64,000 nt of DNA from a bacterium (GCA_021796335.1 JAJYHZ010000002.1:29728-93727), one strand, 5' to 3'; shown: positions 28,802 to 39,962, counted from the first letter of the stretch. Program-made: numbers and translations. The notes: generated by a model not told the origin, from the letters alone.

Positions 28802-30553
28802 TTATTGTTTGAGAAATTTTAATAATTTTCCAAGCGGATGCGCATTTATTATGTCGTTTTTAATGGCCCAACCGCGGCGAGCCTGGGCAATTCCCCATTT
28901 CAAATAATGCATATGTGGAATAGCATGGGCATCGGAATCAATCGCAAGCTTAACGCCGGCGTCGACGCATTTTTTAATGTGCTCATCTTTTAAATCCAGA
29001 CGATCGGGATAGGCGTCGATTTCCAAAACAGTTTTAGTCCGCTTGGCAGTTTTTATAATTTCATCAATATCCAAATCATAGGCTTTGCGGCGGTTAATAA
29101 TCCGGCCGGTCGGGTGGAAAATAATATCAACATTTTTATTTTCCATCGCTTTAATCAGGCGCTTGGTCTGCTCTTCGCGGGACAAATTGAAATAAGAATG
29201 GACGGAGGCGCCGACGATATCCAGCTTTTTCAAAACCTCGTCTTTTATATCAAGCGTGCCGTCTTTTAAAATATCGACTTCGCTGCCTTTCAGAATTCTG
29301 AAATTTTTATTTTTAAATTTTTCATTGGCCTTATCAATCGCCTTAATCTGTTTCAGCAGCCCTTTTTCATCCAAGCCGCCGGTCATTGCCAATCTTTTCG
29401 TATGGTCTGTGATAAGAATGTATTCCAATCCTAATTTTATAGCTTCTTTTGCGTATTCTTCTATGGTATTGGAGCCATCAGTCCAGTTTGTTTGGATTTG
29501 CAAATCACCTTTTAAATCGCCATATCCGATCAATTTCGGCAATTTGTTCCGCAAGGCCAATTCGATTTCCCCCTGGTTTTCGCGCATTTCCGGTTCGATA
29601 TATTGCATATCTAATTTTTCAAAAACTTCTTCTTCGGTTTTCCCGGCGATTCTTTTTTCTTTTTTATTTCTTATCTCTTTGAATAATCCGTATTCGTTCA
29701 ATTTTTCTCCTTTTTTAACGGCGATTTTTCTCAGCTCGATATTGAATTCTTTGGAACCGGTAAAATATAGAAGGGCGGCGCCGAAAGATTCTTCGGGCAG
29801 AATTCTTAAATCCATGTCCATGCCGTTTTTATGGCGAATATTGGATTTGTTTTCACCATGGTCATATACTCTGACAACGCCGGGCATACCGACGAAGTAA
29901 TTCATAATCGGTTTCGGGCTATCGGACTGAACCAGAATATCTATATCGCCAATTGTTTCTTTTTTTCTTCTGGCCGAACCGACGACTTTTATTTTTTGAA
30001 CCTCTTTCAGACTTTTAATCCCTTCGATAACTTCCGAAATTTCGGTCATGGCATAACCTAAAATAAACCGCGAACCGGATTGTTTCGCAAATTCGATTCC
30101 TTTTAAAATATTTTCTTCGGCTTTCTTACCAAAGCCATCAAGCTCGCGGATTTTTCCGGCTTCGGCCGCTTTTTCCAGATCATCGAGATTTTTGATTCCG
30201 ATTTCCTTATATAACTTTCTGATCCCTTTCGGACCAAGCCCTTCTATTTTTTCCAGACCTTTCAGATCAATGGGAGTGCGTTTTTTAAGTTCCTCGTAAT
30301 ATTTCAAACGGCCGGTTTTAACAATTTCTTCGATTTTTTCGGCAATTGACTCGCCGACATTGGGAATGTTTTTTAATCCTTTAAGGCCTTCTTTTTTATA
30401 AATGTCGTAAACGCTTTCATCTAAAGATTCGACAGCCGAAGCGACTTTTTCATAAGCGCGGGGTTTGAACTGAATATTTTCCATTGCCAAAAATTCCGCA
30501 ATTTCGTAAAAAATTCCGGCAATTTCCTGGTTAGATAATTTCATCCCGCGCAT
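28802..30553 (-). CDS. polX: DNA polymerase X family with a C-terminal PHP phosphoesterase domain
   Basis: HhH motifs (GIGESIAEKI, GLGPKGIRKL), nucleotidyltransferase GSARRKKETIGDIDIL, PHP His/Asp motifs (TDHT, SVHS, DSDAHA). Confidence 0.7.
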   Translation of the reverse strand: MRGMKLSNQEIAGIFYEIAEFLAMENIQFKPRAYEKVASAVESLDESVYDIYKKEGLKGLKNIPNVGESIAEKIEEIVKTGRLKYYEELKKRTPIDLKGLEKIEGLGPKGIRKLYKEIGIKNLDDLEKAAEAGKIRELDGFGKKAEENILKGIEFAKQSGSRFILGYAMTEISEVIEGIKSLKEVQKIKVVGSARRKKETIGDIDILVQSDSPKPIMNYFVGMPGVVRVYDHGENKSNIRHKNGMDMDLRILPEESFGAALLYFTGSKEFNIELRKIAVKKGEKLNEYGLFKEIRNKKEKRIAGKTEEEVFEKLDMQYIEPEMRENQGEIELALRNKLPKLIGYGDLKGDLQIQTNWTDGSNTIEEYAKEAIKLGLEYILITDHTKRLAMTGGLDEKGLLKQIKAIDKANEKFKNKNFRILKGSEVDILKDGTLDIKDEVLKKLDIVGASVHSYFNLSREEQTKRLIKAMENKNVDIIFHPTGRIINRRKAYDLDIDEIIKTAKRTKTVLEIDAYPDRLDLKDEHIKKCVDAGVKLAIDSDAHAIPHMHYLKWGIAQARRGWAIKNDIINAHPLGKLLKFLKQ

Positions 30554-30717
30554 AACTTCCCTTTCGAATTAGATAAGTTTTTTATTTAATTCAATTGCGG
30601 AGTTAAATCTATCTTTAGTTAGATCTCCCACTTTATAAATTCCTTACGGGAAGTTATGCGCGGGATTCATTATTTAAATTATAGCATTTTAGCAGTTTTT
30701 GGGATTTACCCCGCAAC

Positions 30718-31932
30718 CTAGTCGTTAGATGAGGGATTTATCTTTTGGATAAATCCGTAGATTTCTTCGGGCGAGTAAAAACTGATAATGATTTCGCCGC
30801 CTTCGCCTTTTTTCTGAATCTTTACCGGAGCGCCAAGAGCTTCTTTCAGTTTTTCTTCAATATGCTTAATTTCATATTCATCGCTGGAAGCGCCAAAAGA
30901 TTTTTCAACGGAACTCTTCGCTTTCTGGATGCGATGGCGAAGCTGGCGCACAGTCAGATTATTAGCAAGAATATCCTGAAACAACTGTTTTTGAACGGCG
31001 GGATTGGTCATTGTTAAAAGCAAACGCGCCTGGCTTTCGTTGATTTGGTTTTTGGAAACCGCATTTTGAACTTCAGTCGGCAAATTTAAAAGACGCAGCG
31101 TATTGCTGACTGCTTCGCGGCTTTTGCCCAAGCGACCGGCGATTTCCCTCTGAGTCAGTCCAAATTCATCCTGCAAGCGGGAGTAAGCGCGGGCGGTTTC
31201 GATCATATCCAGATCGGATCGCTGCAGATTTTCGATAATCGCCAATTCAAGCTGCTCTGTTTTTTCTCCGCCCATTTTGCGGATAATCACCGGCACTCTC
31301 TCAAGGCCCACCAGCTTGGCGGCGCGCAGTCTTCTTTCTCCGGCGATAAGCTGGTATTCCACTTCAGTTCCCATTTCGGTATCTTTTTCTATTTTGGAAA
31401 CAACCAATGGCTGAAGAATTCCGTATTCACGGATTGAGTTGGCAAGTTCTTGCAGAGCCTCTTCGTTAAAATTTTTCCTAGGCTGAAAAGGGTTGGGCTT
31501 TATTTTCTCAACTTCGATATGGAAAATGGCGTCATTTAAGAACTTTTTCGCGTTATGCGGTTTGTGATAGCCGCCGTATTCCTCCGAAGCATCTTGATTT
31601 GCTGTTGAATTTTTTAGCCGAGAATCATCGGAAAAATTTTGTATGCTATCAGTACTGATAGCGGAAGATTTCGGCGCGCTTAAAATTTGAGCCGATTCCG
31701 CGAATCCGGAAATTTCTTTTGGTTTCGGAGGAGCTGAAATTTCCGCCGGCTCTTCCGGCGCGTTAACTTCGGGAACATTGCGAAACTTATCGGAAATGAC
31801 TTTACCGATCGGAGTAAGCTCCGGATTTTCTTTTTCCGGTTCGGCGTTGTTTAATTCGCCGTTATTATCCGGTTTTTTCGGCGGTATTAAAGAATTCAAA
31901 CCCTGACCTAACATAGGGAAATTATATAACAA
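30718..31932 (-). CDS. parB: ParB/Spo0J partition protein with a long disordered N-terminal extension
   Basis: ParB box GERRLRAAKLVGLERVPVIIR, HTH, C-terminal dimerisation region. Confidence 0.7.
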   Translation of the reverse strand: MLYNFPMLGQGLNSLIPPKKPDNNGELNNAEPEKENPELTPIGKVISDKFRNVPEVNAPEEPAEISAPPKPKEISGFAESAQILSAPKSSAISTDSIQNFSDDSRLKNSTANQDASEEYGGYHKPHNAKKFLNDAIFHIEVEKIKPNPFQPRKNFNEEALQELANSIREYGILQPLVVSKIEKDTEMGTEVEYQLIAGERRLRAAKLVGLERVPVIIRKMGGEKTEQLELAIIENLQRSDLDMIETARAYSRLQDEFGLTQREIAGRLGKSREAVSNTLRLLNLPTEVQNAVSKNQINESQARLLLTMTNPAVQKQLFQDILANNLTVRQLRHRIQKAKSSVEKSFGASSDEYEIKHIEEKLKEALGAPVKIQKKGEGGEIIISFYSPEEIYGFIQKINPSSND

Positions 31933-32085
31933 AAATTCGGGAAAATGTATAATTTTGACTTAAAACAAAACCCAAAATAATTTCATTGACAATAAAGTTA
32001 ATATATGTTATGATAGTAAATCTTAACCAGAATTTTATTCTGTTTAAGAAGTTCTTAAAAATATAAAGAGAGTGAGGTGATATGA

Positions 32086-32622
32086 ATGAAGATTCTCATA
32101 ACCGGCGTCGGATCAACCGGCAAGAGCACGCTTCGCAGACTTCTTGTAAAAGCGTGCCGGTCTATTGGAATCCGTACTGAGCATTATGACGCGGATGATT
32201 TTCAAAAACCGCGTTGCAGTGAGGACGCGGATTCCAGACGACCGGAATCATTTCGGGATGACGTCCTCTATATTATCGAGGACGTAAGAGGACCCGTACC
32301 AGGAAAAGCATTCCTTCCGATATCGGATTACGACGGCATTATTTATGTTATGCCTGGGCCGATATCAAATTTGATGTTTTGGTTACCGCGCGCCTGGCGC
32401 TGGTACCAAAAAGGAAAATTTGATTGGGACAGGAATACTGGATGGAGAGGGATCCAAAAGTCCTATGATGTCCGGAATATTGCCCCAATTATGAAAAGGC
32501 TCGCCAGGTATATGAGGCGCAGGAAAGAGTGGATAAAAGAAGACCTGGTGGCTATTTCAGGCAAACCTCACCTCATAATAAAATCCGTCTGGTCTCCGAA
32601 AGGAATCAGATGGAAAATATAA
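32086..32622 (+). CDS. P-loop kinase / NTPase (CPT/AAA_33-like)
   Basis: Walker A ITGVGSTGKST at the N-terminus; about 178 aa; GC visibly higher than the flanking DNA. Confidence 0.4.
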   Translation: MKILITGVGSTGKSTLRRLLVKACRSIGIRTEHYDADDFQKPRCSEDADSRRPESFRDDVLYIIEDVRGPVPGKAFLPISDYDGIIYVMPGPISNLMFWLPRAWRWYQKGKFDWDRNTGWRGIQKSYDVRNIAPIMKRLARYMRRRKEWIKEDLVAISGKPHLIIKSVWSPKGIRWKI

Positions 32623-32637
32623 CGCCGTTCCAAAGAA

Positions 32638-33600
32638 TCAAAGGGATGGCGTTTTCTTTTTGTATTGATTGATTAAATTTATAAGTTTTGTTGCGGAATC
32701 CCATGCGAATTTTTCATCTTTGGAGTTATGGGTCACATAAATATAGCGCAAAGCAAAGGATATGCCCCTTTCCAAAACCGCAAATTTAACGGCATCCATC
32801 AGATAATTTTTATCAGTCTGACTTAATTTCCTTTTGCTTTCATAACCTTGCAATAAAGCTTTGAAATTTTCACTGCTCCATTTTTTCCAATCGTCTTTAA
32901 AACACCAGCCGCGAATGGCCTGCCCTAAATCGAGAATCAATTTTCCGTAATAAGATCTGTCGAAGTCCAAAACCGCAATTATTTTATTTTTGTCCCAGAT
33001 AGCGTGACGTTTTCCCAAATCTTCATGTATAGTTCCTGAAGGAAGGTCGGCGGGAAAATTTAATTCTGACAATTCTTTCTCAATTATTCGAATAAATTCT
33101 TTTTTATTTTTGAAATCGCTTTTTGAAATGGCCTTTTTATCTTCTTTGAAATATTTTTTGGTTTGGTTTAAATCCCAAATATGTTCTCTTTTGTGCTTGG
33201 TCTTGTAATTTTCTATCAAATTATGAAATACGCCGATTAATTTTCCGAATTCTTTTATTTCCCTTGGAGTTGGATTCAATTTTTCTTTTCCTTTTGAGAA
33301 TTTTCGGATATAGCCGTAATGATTTTTACAGGAAATCACTTTTTGCCCGTTTCTTGCGGAAACGGGAATTGAAGCGGGAAATTTATGCTTTTTGAGGTAT
33401 TCCAACAATTCTATCTCGGCCAGAATTTCGTTTTTTGACCGCCACCTTGGACCATTTGGACAAAGCCTGAAGAAAAAATTATCTTTGTCGGTTTGAACAG
33501 TATAGGCAATATTCCCGCTGGTTTTAAGGGGTTTAACGGATTTGATTTTCCCAAGATTGAATTTTTTAAGAATTTTATTCAGTTCTTTTTCGGGAATCAT
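32638..33600 (-). CDS. protein-kinase-like fold phosphotransferase (APH/choline-kinase/HSK-II family)
   Basis: Brenner motif IHEDLGKRHAIW and VLDFDRS (DFD), with an N-terminal nucleotide-binding lobe. Confidence 0.5.
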   Translation of the reverse strand: MIPEKELNKILKKFNLGKIKSVKPLKTSGNIAYTVQTDKDNFFFRLCPNGPRWRSKNEILAEIELLEYLKKHKFPASIPVSARNGQKVISCKNHYGYIRKFSKGKEKLNPTPREIKEFGKLIGVFHNLIENYKTKHKREHIWDLNQTKKYFKEDKKAISKSDFKNKKEFIRIIEKELSELNFPADLPSGTIHEDLGKRHAIWDKNKIIAVLDFDRSYYGKLILDLGQAIRGWCFKDDWKKWSSENFKALLQGYESKRKLSQTDKNYLMDAVKFAVLERGISFALRYIYVTHNSKDEKFAWDSATKLINLINQYKKKTPSL

Positions 33601-33627
33601 TATTTTGGAGATTACACAAAATTAGAT

Positions 33628-34395
33628 TTAGAGATTTTCTCGGGCGAGGATTTCTCTCGCCAGTTGTTCGTACGCCTTGGCGCCGTCAGAAATCGGGTCA
33701 TGCAAAACCGCCGGGCGACCGAAGCTTGGCGCCTCGGCCAGAGAAGCGGAACGCGGGATCATTGTTTCGAAAATATGATACGGGAAGCTGGCTTTTAACT
33801 GCTCGGCAAGTTCTTGGGACAATTTTTCGTTTTCGTCGTACATAGTGATAACTGCGCCGGCAATGTTCAAATTGCTCGACAAATTGTTTTTAATCATATC
33901 GACGACTTCCAGAAGCTGATTCAATCCCTCCAAACTCAGGTAGTGCGACTGGATAGGAATCAAAACCTCGTCGGCAGCAATTAAACCATTAACAGTCAGC
34001 AAGCTTAGTGACGGCGGCAGATCAATTAAAATATAATCATATTGTTCGCGGATTCGGTCAATTAATTTTTTCAATTGGAATTCTCTTTCGTTAACTTCAA
34101 CTAACTCAATTAATGCCCCGGCCAAATGTTGGCTGGCCGGAAGCAGATGATAATTATACAAAGAAGTCGGTTTAATCAGTTTTTCAACTTCAGTTAAATT
34201 AAAAATTCCATGATAGACGCTTTCAAAATTATCTTTTGCCGGATAGCCTAAAGCGGAGCTGGCGTTGGCCTGCGGATCAAAATCAACCACTAAAACTTTT
34301 TTGCCGGCCAAAGCCAAATAAGCCGCCAGATTTACCGCAGTTGTGGTTTTTGCAACTCCTCCCTTTTGATTGTAAACAGCAATAACTCGGGACAT
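33628..34395 (-). CDS. parA: ParA/Soj partition ATPase
   Basis: Deviant Walker A KGGVAKTTTAVNLA, VVDFDPQ, 255 aa. Confidence 0.75.
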   Translation of the reverse strand: MSRVIAVYNQKGGVAKTTTAVNLAAYLALAGKKVLVVDFDPQANASSALGYPAKDNFESVYHGIFNLTEVEKLIKPTSLYNYHLLPASQHLAGALIELVEVNEREFQLKKLIDRIREQYDYILIDLPPSLSLLTVNGLIAADEVLIPIQSHYLSLEGLNQLLEVVDMIKNNLSSNLNIAGAVITMYDENEKLSQELAEQLKASFPYHIFETMIPRSASLAEAPSFGRPAVLHDPISDGAKAYEQLAREILARENL

Positions 34396-34548
34396 AAAAT
34401 ATAATTCAGAATATAGGATAATAGAATTTAGGGTTATTAGGAAAATGATAAATTATTTTGAAAAAAGAGAAAAGGGCTCAATTTGACTTTTGTTTTAAAA
34501 TAACCAGAATTTAATCAGTACTAAATAGAAAAATAAAGGGGGGATATT

Positions 34549-34701
34549 ATGACATTATTTGAATCTTGCAACAATAAGTCTTGCCTGAAGCTGCCGAAAA
34601 ACGAAGAAAAATATGGGAGGAGATGGACCGATAAGGTGGAGATTGCCTTTTGGGCGATTATAATTATAGCCGCCATTAGTTTGCTTTGGCAGACGCTATA
34701 A
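34549..34701 (+). CDS. small (50 aa) membrane protein, absent from the ORF track
   Basis: Strong SD aaagggggg 7 nt before the ATG; MTLFESCNNKSCLKLPKNEEKYGRRWTDKVEIAFWAIIIIAAISLLWQTL with a C-terminal TM; terminator immediately after. Confidence 0.35.
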   Translation: MTLFESCNNKSCLKLPKNEEKYGRRWTDKVEIAFWAIIIIAAISLLWQTL

Positions 34702-34720
34702 TTTTCGGTTGATCAATTTA

Positions 34721-34745
34721 AAGGGAGCTTGGCTCCCTTTTTTTA
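34721..34745 (+). terminator. intrinsic terminator aagggagc-ttgg-ctccctttttttt
   Basis: Perfect 7-bp stem plus a T-run. Confidence 0.6.
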
Positions 34746-34920
34746 CAAAAAATCCCCTTCTTTAAGAAGGGGGTGGGGAGAAGGATAGCCTTTCGGCTAT
34801 AGTTTAAATAATAAGGCGCGCTTTGTTTCAGTCCTTCTCCCCGCTTGATGAAAATAAATTTTAAATTTACTGATTTTAATAATAAAACAATTCGGGATAA
34901 AATGCAAATTAAATAAATCT

Positions 34921-35586
34921 TTACAGAGTCCACCTGGAAGTGGAAAAAATAAAAATAATCGCGATTACCAGGATGGCAATGTTGTTAAGGATAATCTGTC
35001 TGTTAAGGCTGCCTTTTGTGTGATGGAAAATCAAATCTTCTAAAATAAAAATAAAAAGTATCATCAGGGCGGCGGAATCGAGAAATCCCAAAGGAAGCAT
35101 AACAATAACGCTCATAATTTCCATAATTAAAAAAGCGGCACCGATTTCAATCAACGATTTTCTTTTTTCCGGAAATTCGGGGGCTGTAAAATCCAAAGAT
35201 TCCTGCAATAGAAATTTAAAAGCTAAAAAAGTTCCAAGAAAAATCAGAAAAAAACCAAGCGCGTTTGATTTGTCCGCCACAAAAAAAACAACGGAAATTA
35301 AAAAGTATAAAATTCCGGTAAAAAAATTGAAAAGTCCCCGACGACGGTTTATAAAAACGATTTTTTTAACGCTTAAAAGTATGATGAATAAAATTCCATA
35401 AGATATTCCTCCGAAGATAATCAGGGCGGAATTAGTAAGATAAGCGGTAACAATCAACGCATAAACCGTTAAAATAAGAAAAGATAAAATAAATTCTTTC
35501 CACTGAAAAAGCGAATAAAAATAAAAAGAAAAAGAAATAATCAGAAAAACAGAGGGCCAGAAAATCCCCCCGTTTTGAGCCGCCAT
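34921..35586 (-). CDS. polytopic membrane protein (hypothetical)
   Basis: 6-7 TM helices. The start is moved to the internal Met at 35586 so that it does not overlap clpB (the ORF-track start is 35679). Confidence 0.35.
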   Translation of the reverse strand: MAAQNGGIFWPSVFLIISFSFYFYSLFQWKEFILSFLILTVYALIVTAYLTNSALIIFGGISYGILFIILLSVKKIVFINRRRGLFNFFTGILYFLISVVFFVADKSNALGFFLIFLGTFLAFKFLLQESLDFTAPEFPEKRKSLIEIGAAFLIMEIMSVIVMLPLGFLDSAALMILFIFILEDLIFHHTKGSLNRQIILNNIAILVIAIIFIFSTSRWTL

Positions 35587-35614
35587 TATTAAAAGGACGG
35601 CCGAAACAACACCC

Positions 35615-38281
35615 TTAAGAATTAGCGGCAATAATGCTGATATTTGAGTCCTTGAAGCTAATTTTAATTTTTCGAGCATTGGTAAAATCTCCCCTGATCA
35701 GCCTGTCCGCAAGCGGATCTAATATGGCTTTCTGAATCAGTCTTCTGACTGGTCTGGCTCCGAAATCCGGATCAAAACCGGCATCGGCGACATATTTTTT
35801 AACCGAATTATCGACTACGATATTAAGGTTACGCGCTTTTAATCTTTCTTTCAATTCTTCCAGTTGAATATCAACTATTTTTTCAATTTCTTTTCTCGAG
35901 AGCGGATTGAAAATTATAATATCATCCAAACGGTTAAGAAACTCCGGCCTGAATGTTTCTTTCAGATTTTCCCAAACTTGATCTTTAAAATTCCGGGATT
36001 TTTCATTTTTAATTTTGTCTTCTTCTTTGGAACTCGGCAGTTCGAAACCGATTTTGGATATTTCCGTAAAATACTGGCTGCCAACGTTGGAAGTTAAAAT
36101 TATAATCGTGTTTCTGAAGTTGACGGATTTACCTTTGCTGTCGGTTAATTTTCCATTATCCAAAACCTGAAGCAAAATATTGAAAACATCCGGATGCGCT
36201 TTCTCTATCTCGTCGAAAAGAATCAGGCTGTACGGCCTGTGGCGTATGGCTTCGGACAATTTCCCGCCTTCTTCATAGCCGACATATCCCGGAGGCGCAC
36301 CAATCAGTCGGGCAACGGAATGACGCTCCATATATTCGGACATATCCACGCGAATCATGGATTTTTCATCGTCAAACATAAATTCAGCCAAAGCACGGGC
36401 AAGTTCGGTTTTACCGACGCCGGTCGGACCGAGAAACATAAACGATCCCAAAGGTCTGTTTTCGTCGGATAATCCGGCGCGGGCGCGGCGCAAGGCGTTG
36501 GCAACGGATTTAACCGCTTCTTCCTGGCCGACAACACGTCTGGATAAAACTTCCTCGAGTTGGGTAAGTTTCTGAGTTTCAGACTCAAGCATTTTAGACA
36601 TCGGAACGCCGGTCCAACGTGAAACGACTTCGGCGACATCCTCTTCATCAACCGCTTCTTTTATAAAGCGGTCATTTTTTTTGTTTTTTCCGTTTTTAAC
36701 GGTTTTTCTTTCGATATATTTTTTTTCGAAAACTTTCAGATTTTTTTCCGCTTGAGGCAATTCGCCGTAATGGATTTTGGCGACTTTTTCCAGATTGCCT
36801 TCGCGTTCAGCCAATTCGGCCTGGCGTTTCAAATCTTCAATGTGTTTTTTAAGACTGTGAAATTCTTCGAAGGTCAATTTTTCGGCATGCCATTTTGAAG
36901 AAAGGCCGTCGTTTTGCTCTTTTAATTTACTCAATTCTTTTTCAATCGCTTTAAGCCGATCTTTCGATTTTTCTCCTTCGCTGGAAATGGCGGATTTTTC
37001 GATTTCCAATCTTATGATTTCATGGCGGATTTTGTCGATTTCTTTCGGCAAGCTTTCGGTTTCCAGCCGGCGGGCGGCCGCGGCTTCGTCAATTAAATCG
37101 ATCGCCTTATCCGGCAAAAATCTGTCGGTTAAATATCTAGAGGAAAGATTGACGGCGGAGATAATTGCTTCATCGCTGATGCGAATTCCATGGTGAAGTT
37201 CGTATTTTTCTTTTAATCCCCGAAGAATGGCAATGCTGTCTTCCGGAGTCGGCTCTTCTACCATAATAGGCTGAAAGCGACGTTCAAGCGCCATGTCTTT
37301 TTCAATATATCTTTGATATTCGGAAATCGTCGTGGCGCCTATGGCATGCAATTCGCCACGAGCCAAGGGCGGTTTCAATAAATTGGAAGCGTCAATGGCG
37401 CCTTCGGCGGCGCCGGCTCCGACAATCATATGAATTTCATCGATGAATAAAATTATCCGGCCGGCGGAGTTTTGGACTTCACGGATAAAAGCTTTCAAGC
37501 GGTCTTCAAATTCGCCGCGGAACTTCGTTCCGGCGATTAAAGAGCCCAAATCGAGCATTATAATTTCTTTTCCCTTCAATGGTTCGGGGACATCATTGGA
37601 AATAATTCTTTGAGCCAAACCTTCGACGACTGCGGTTTTACCCACGCCGGGTTCTCCTATTAAAACCGGATTGTTTTTTGTGCGGCGGCTTAAAACCTGA
37701 ATAACTCGGCGGAGTTCTTCGTCCCGACCGATGACCGGATCAAGTTTCCCCTGTCTGGCCATGTCGGTCAAGTTAATCGCATATTTTTCAAGAACCTGGA
37801 ATTTTGATTCCGGCGTTTCGTCGGTAACGCGCATCGAACCGCGCAACTGGGCAAGAATTCTGAAAGCCGTTTCTTTTTTTAGGCCGAATTCGAGCAAAAG
37901 ATGAGAAGCCTTGGACGCTTCATAATCCAAAATCGCCAGAAGCATGTGCTCGCATGAAACATATTCGTCTTTTTGCTGCTGGGCAATTTTACCGGCCCTG
38001 TCTAAAACAGCCATCAACTCCTGGGAAAGATAAAGTTGCGGAGTGCTGACCGACAATATTTTCGGTTCTTTTTCCAGTTCTTTAAAAATGGCATTGCGTA
38101 AATTTTCAATATTAATTCCGGCTTTTGCGAGCAATGGCCTGATAAGCGTGTTTTCGTCTTCAATTAAGGCGGCTAAAAGATGTAAAGCTTTAAGTTCGCC
38201 CTGGTTTTCCCGAGCAGCAATATCCTGCGCATTTTGCAGAGCTTCCTGCGCTTTTATCGTAAAACGATTGAAATTATTCAT
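35615..38281 (-). CDS. clpB: chaperone ClpB (two AAA+ modules plus a middle coiled-coil)
   Basis: Clp_N repeats; Walker [10 protein letters not shown] and GPTGVGKTE; long coiled-coil M-domain; 888 aa. Confidence 0.8.
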   Translation of the reverse strand: MNNFNRFTIKAQEALQNAQDIAARENQGELKALHLLAALIEDENTLIRPLLAKAGINIENLRNAIFKELEKEPKILSVSTPQLYLSQELMAVLDRAGKIAQQQKDEYVSCEHMLLAILDYEASKASHLLLEFGLKKETAFRILAQLRGSMRVTDETPESKFQVLEKYAINLTDMARQGKLDPVIGRDEELRRVIQVLSRRTKNNPVLIGEPGVGKTAVVEGLAQRIISNDVPEPLKGKEIIMLDLGSLIAGTKFRGEFEDRLKAFIREVQNSAGRIILFIDEIHMIVGAGAAEGAIDASNLLKPPLARGELHAIGATTISEYQRYIEKDMALERRFQPIMVEEPTPEDSIAILRGLKEKYELHHGIRISDEAIISAVNLSSRYLTDRFLPDKAIDLIDEAAAARRLETESLPKEIDKIRHEIIRLEIEKSAISSEGEKSKDRLKAIEKELSKLKEQNDGLSSKWHAEKLTFEEFHSLKKHIEDLKRQAELAEREGNLEKVAKIHYGELPQAEKNLKVFEKKYIERKTVKNGKNKKNDRFIKEAVDEEDVAEVVSRWTGVPMSKMLESETQKLTQLEEVLSRRVVGQEEAVKSVANALRRARAGLSDENRPLGSFMFLGPTGVGKTELARALAEFMFDDEKSMIRVDMSEYMERHSVARLIGAPPGYVGYEEGGKLSEAIRHRPYSLILFDEIEKAHPDVFNILLQVLDNGKLTDSKGKSVNFRNTIIILTSNVGSQYFTEISKIGFELPSSKEEDKIKNEKSRNFKDQVWENLKETFRPEFLNRLDDIIIFNPLSRKEIEKIVDIQLEELKERLKARNLNIVVDNSVKKYVADAGFDPDFGARPVRRLIQKAILDPLADRLIRGDFTNARKIKISFKDSNISIIAANS

Positions 38282-38432
38282 GATACCATAATACCGATCT
38301 ACGAATTTATGCGAATTTACTAATAATACAAATCCGTATTATTTGTTTTATTCGCAATTATTCGCATATTGGCATTATTATTTTTCCAAGTGTTAACTTA
38401 ATTTTAATTATGACATTGAAAAGGCTCTTTTT

Positions 38433-39683
38433 TCAAGGATTGGCCGGCCTCTGTTCTAAAGTAATTTTTATATCCATCGTTTTTCCGTTTCGCAAAATTT
38501 TCAAATCAACGGCATCGCCGACATTGTAATTCTGAATGACGGCCGATAAAGAATTGTTCTGATCGATTGCCTGGCCGTTTATTTGCGTGATAATATCGCC
38601 ATCTTTAATGCCGGCCTTATCAGCGGGAGAGCCGGAAATAACAGCCGGACCATCCGAACCTCCGTGGACCCAGGCACCGCTATTCACCGGCAATTTATTC
38701 TGAGATGCCAAATCAGAAGTAATACTTAAATATCTGACTCCGAGATACGGAACAACAATGGTTCCGGTTTTTTTGACGGAGTCGATGGCGCGTTTAACTT
38801 GATTTATCGGAATCGCAAAACCGATGTTCTGCGCTCCGGACACCATAGCGACGTTAACGCCGATAACCTGACCGTTAAGATTCAAAAGCGGACCGCCGGA
38901 ATTCCCTTCGTTAATGGCAGCATCGGTTTGCATAACTCCTTCAATAGTTTCGGATGCGCCGTTACTGCCCGAAGCGGTGATAGTTCTTGATAATCCCGAG
39001 ACGACACCAACCGAAACAGTATTGCGAAATTCTCCCAAAGCATTGCCAATCGCAATGGTAGTTTGACCGAGTTTTACATCATTAGAATTCCCAAGAGGCA
39101 AAACCGGCAAATTTTTTGCATTGATTTTAACGATTGCCAAGTCCAAAACAGGATCCTGCGCGATTACTTTGGCATCGTATTTTTTCCCGTCATTGGTCAA
39201 AACCGTATAAGAAGCGGCATTGTCGCTCACAACGTGCTTGTTAGTCAGAATCATTCCGTCGTTTGAAATTATAAATCCGGATCCGCCGCCAACTTCCTGT
39301 TTTTGAGTACCTTTTTGGCAGGGCTGATAAAACTGGGTTCCGGAACCGAAGAGCTGCTGCAACCCCTGAGGCAAGTCGGAAAACGGATTATACGGACATT
39401 GTTCGACGATGGGAACATCTTTTGAAATTATGATGGATACAACCGAGGGCGAACTTGTTTGAACGGCGTTAATGACCGCTTGTTCATAACTTGATGGCGA
39501 TTGATAAGCCGAATCGGCTGAATTTTGAGTTGCCGCGGTTTGATGTGTGCTGATTATGTCATCATAAAGACTTTGAAATACATTTGATTTGGCCCAGGAA
39601 ATCGAAATGACGGACCCTATAACACCGCCTGCAAAAGCGGCCAATATAATTACAATTATAATTTTTTTATTGAAATTATTCAT
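38433..39683 (-). CDS. htrA: HtrA/DegP-family serine protease with a PDZ domain
   Basis: Trypsin-like triad context (TNKHVV, D, GNSGGPLLN), C-terminal PDZ, N-terminal TM. Confidence 0.75.
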   Translation of the reverse strand: MNNFNKKIIIVIILAAFAGGVIGSVISISWAKSNVFQSLYDDIISTHQTAATQNSADSAYQSPSSYEQAVINAVQTSSPSVVSIIISKDVPIVEQCPYNPFSDLPQGLQQLFGSGTQFYQPCQKGTQKQEVGGGSGFIISNDGMILTNKHVVSDNAASYTVLTNDGKKYDAKVIAQDPVLDLAIVKINAKNLPVLPLGNSNDVKLGQTTIAIGNALGEFRNTVSVGVVSGLSRTITASGSNGASETIEGVMQTDAAINEGNSGGPLLNLNGQVIGVNVAMVSGAQNIGFAIPINQVKRAIDSVKKTGTIVVPYLGVRYLSITSDLASQNKLPVNSGAWVHGGSDGPAVISGSPADKAGIKDGDIITQINGQAIDQNNSLSAVIQNYNVGDAVDLKILRNGKTMDIKITLEQRPANP

Positions 39684-39962
39684 GATTTACAAATTTTCAC
39701 AAATAAGAAACAAATAATCACTAATCGTGAAAAATCATCTGTGATTTGTGATAATTCGTAAGTTATTCGGAAAAAATAACGAAGCTGCCAAAAAATAAGA
39801 TTATGCTCTTTATTTATATATACGCGCCAGAAGCCGTTTTAGTTGCAATCAAATTCAAGTGTTTTTCTATTTAATTATAACACTGAAAACTACTTACGGG
39901 CAAAAGAATAAAATTTAGAATTTAAAAACATGAGTCTCAAAAGACTGGCATAACAGCCTTTC

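Noticed and set aside
29256-29900. 214-aa plus-strand ORF inside polX
   Set aside because: It is antisense to a strongly supported PolX/PHP gene and has an F/S/L-rich spurious composition.
34718-34933. 71-aa minus-strand ORF
   Set aside because: It lies over the structured intergenic hairpins and has low-complexity L/I/K-rich composition; it is probably not a gene.
38282-38432. CIRCE/HAIR heat-shock operator upstream of clpB
   Set aside because: Only short tgcgaat/attcgca inverted repeats were seen. There is no match to CIRCE (TTAGCACTC-N9-GAGTGCTAA) or HAIR consensus.
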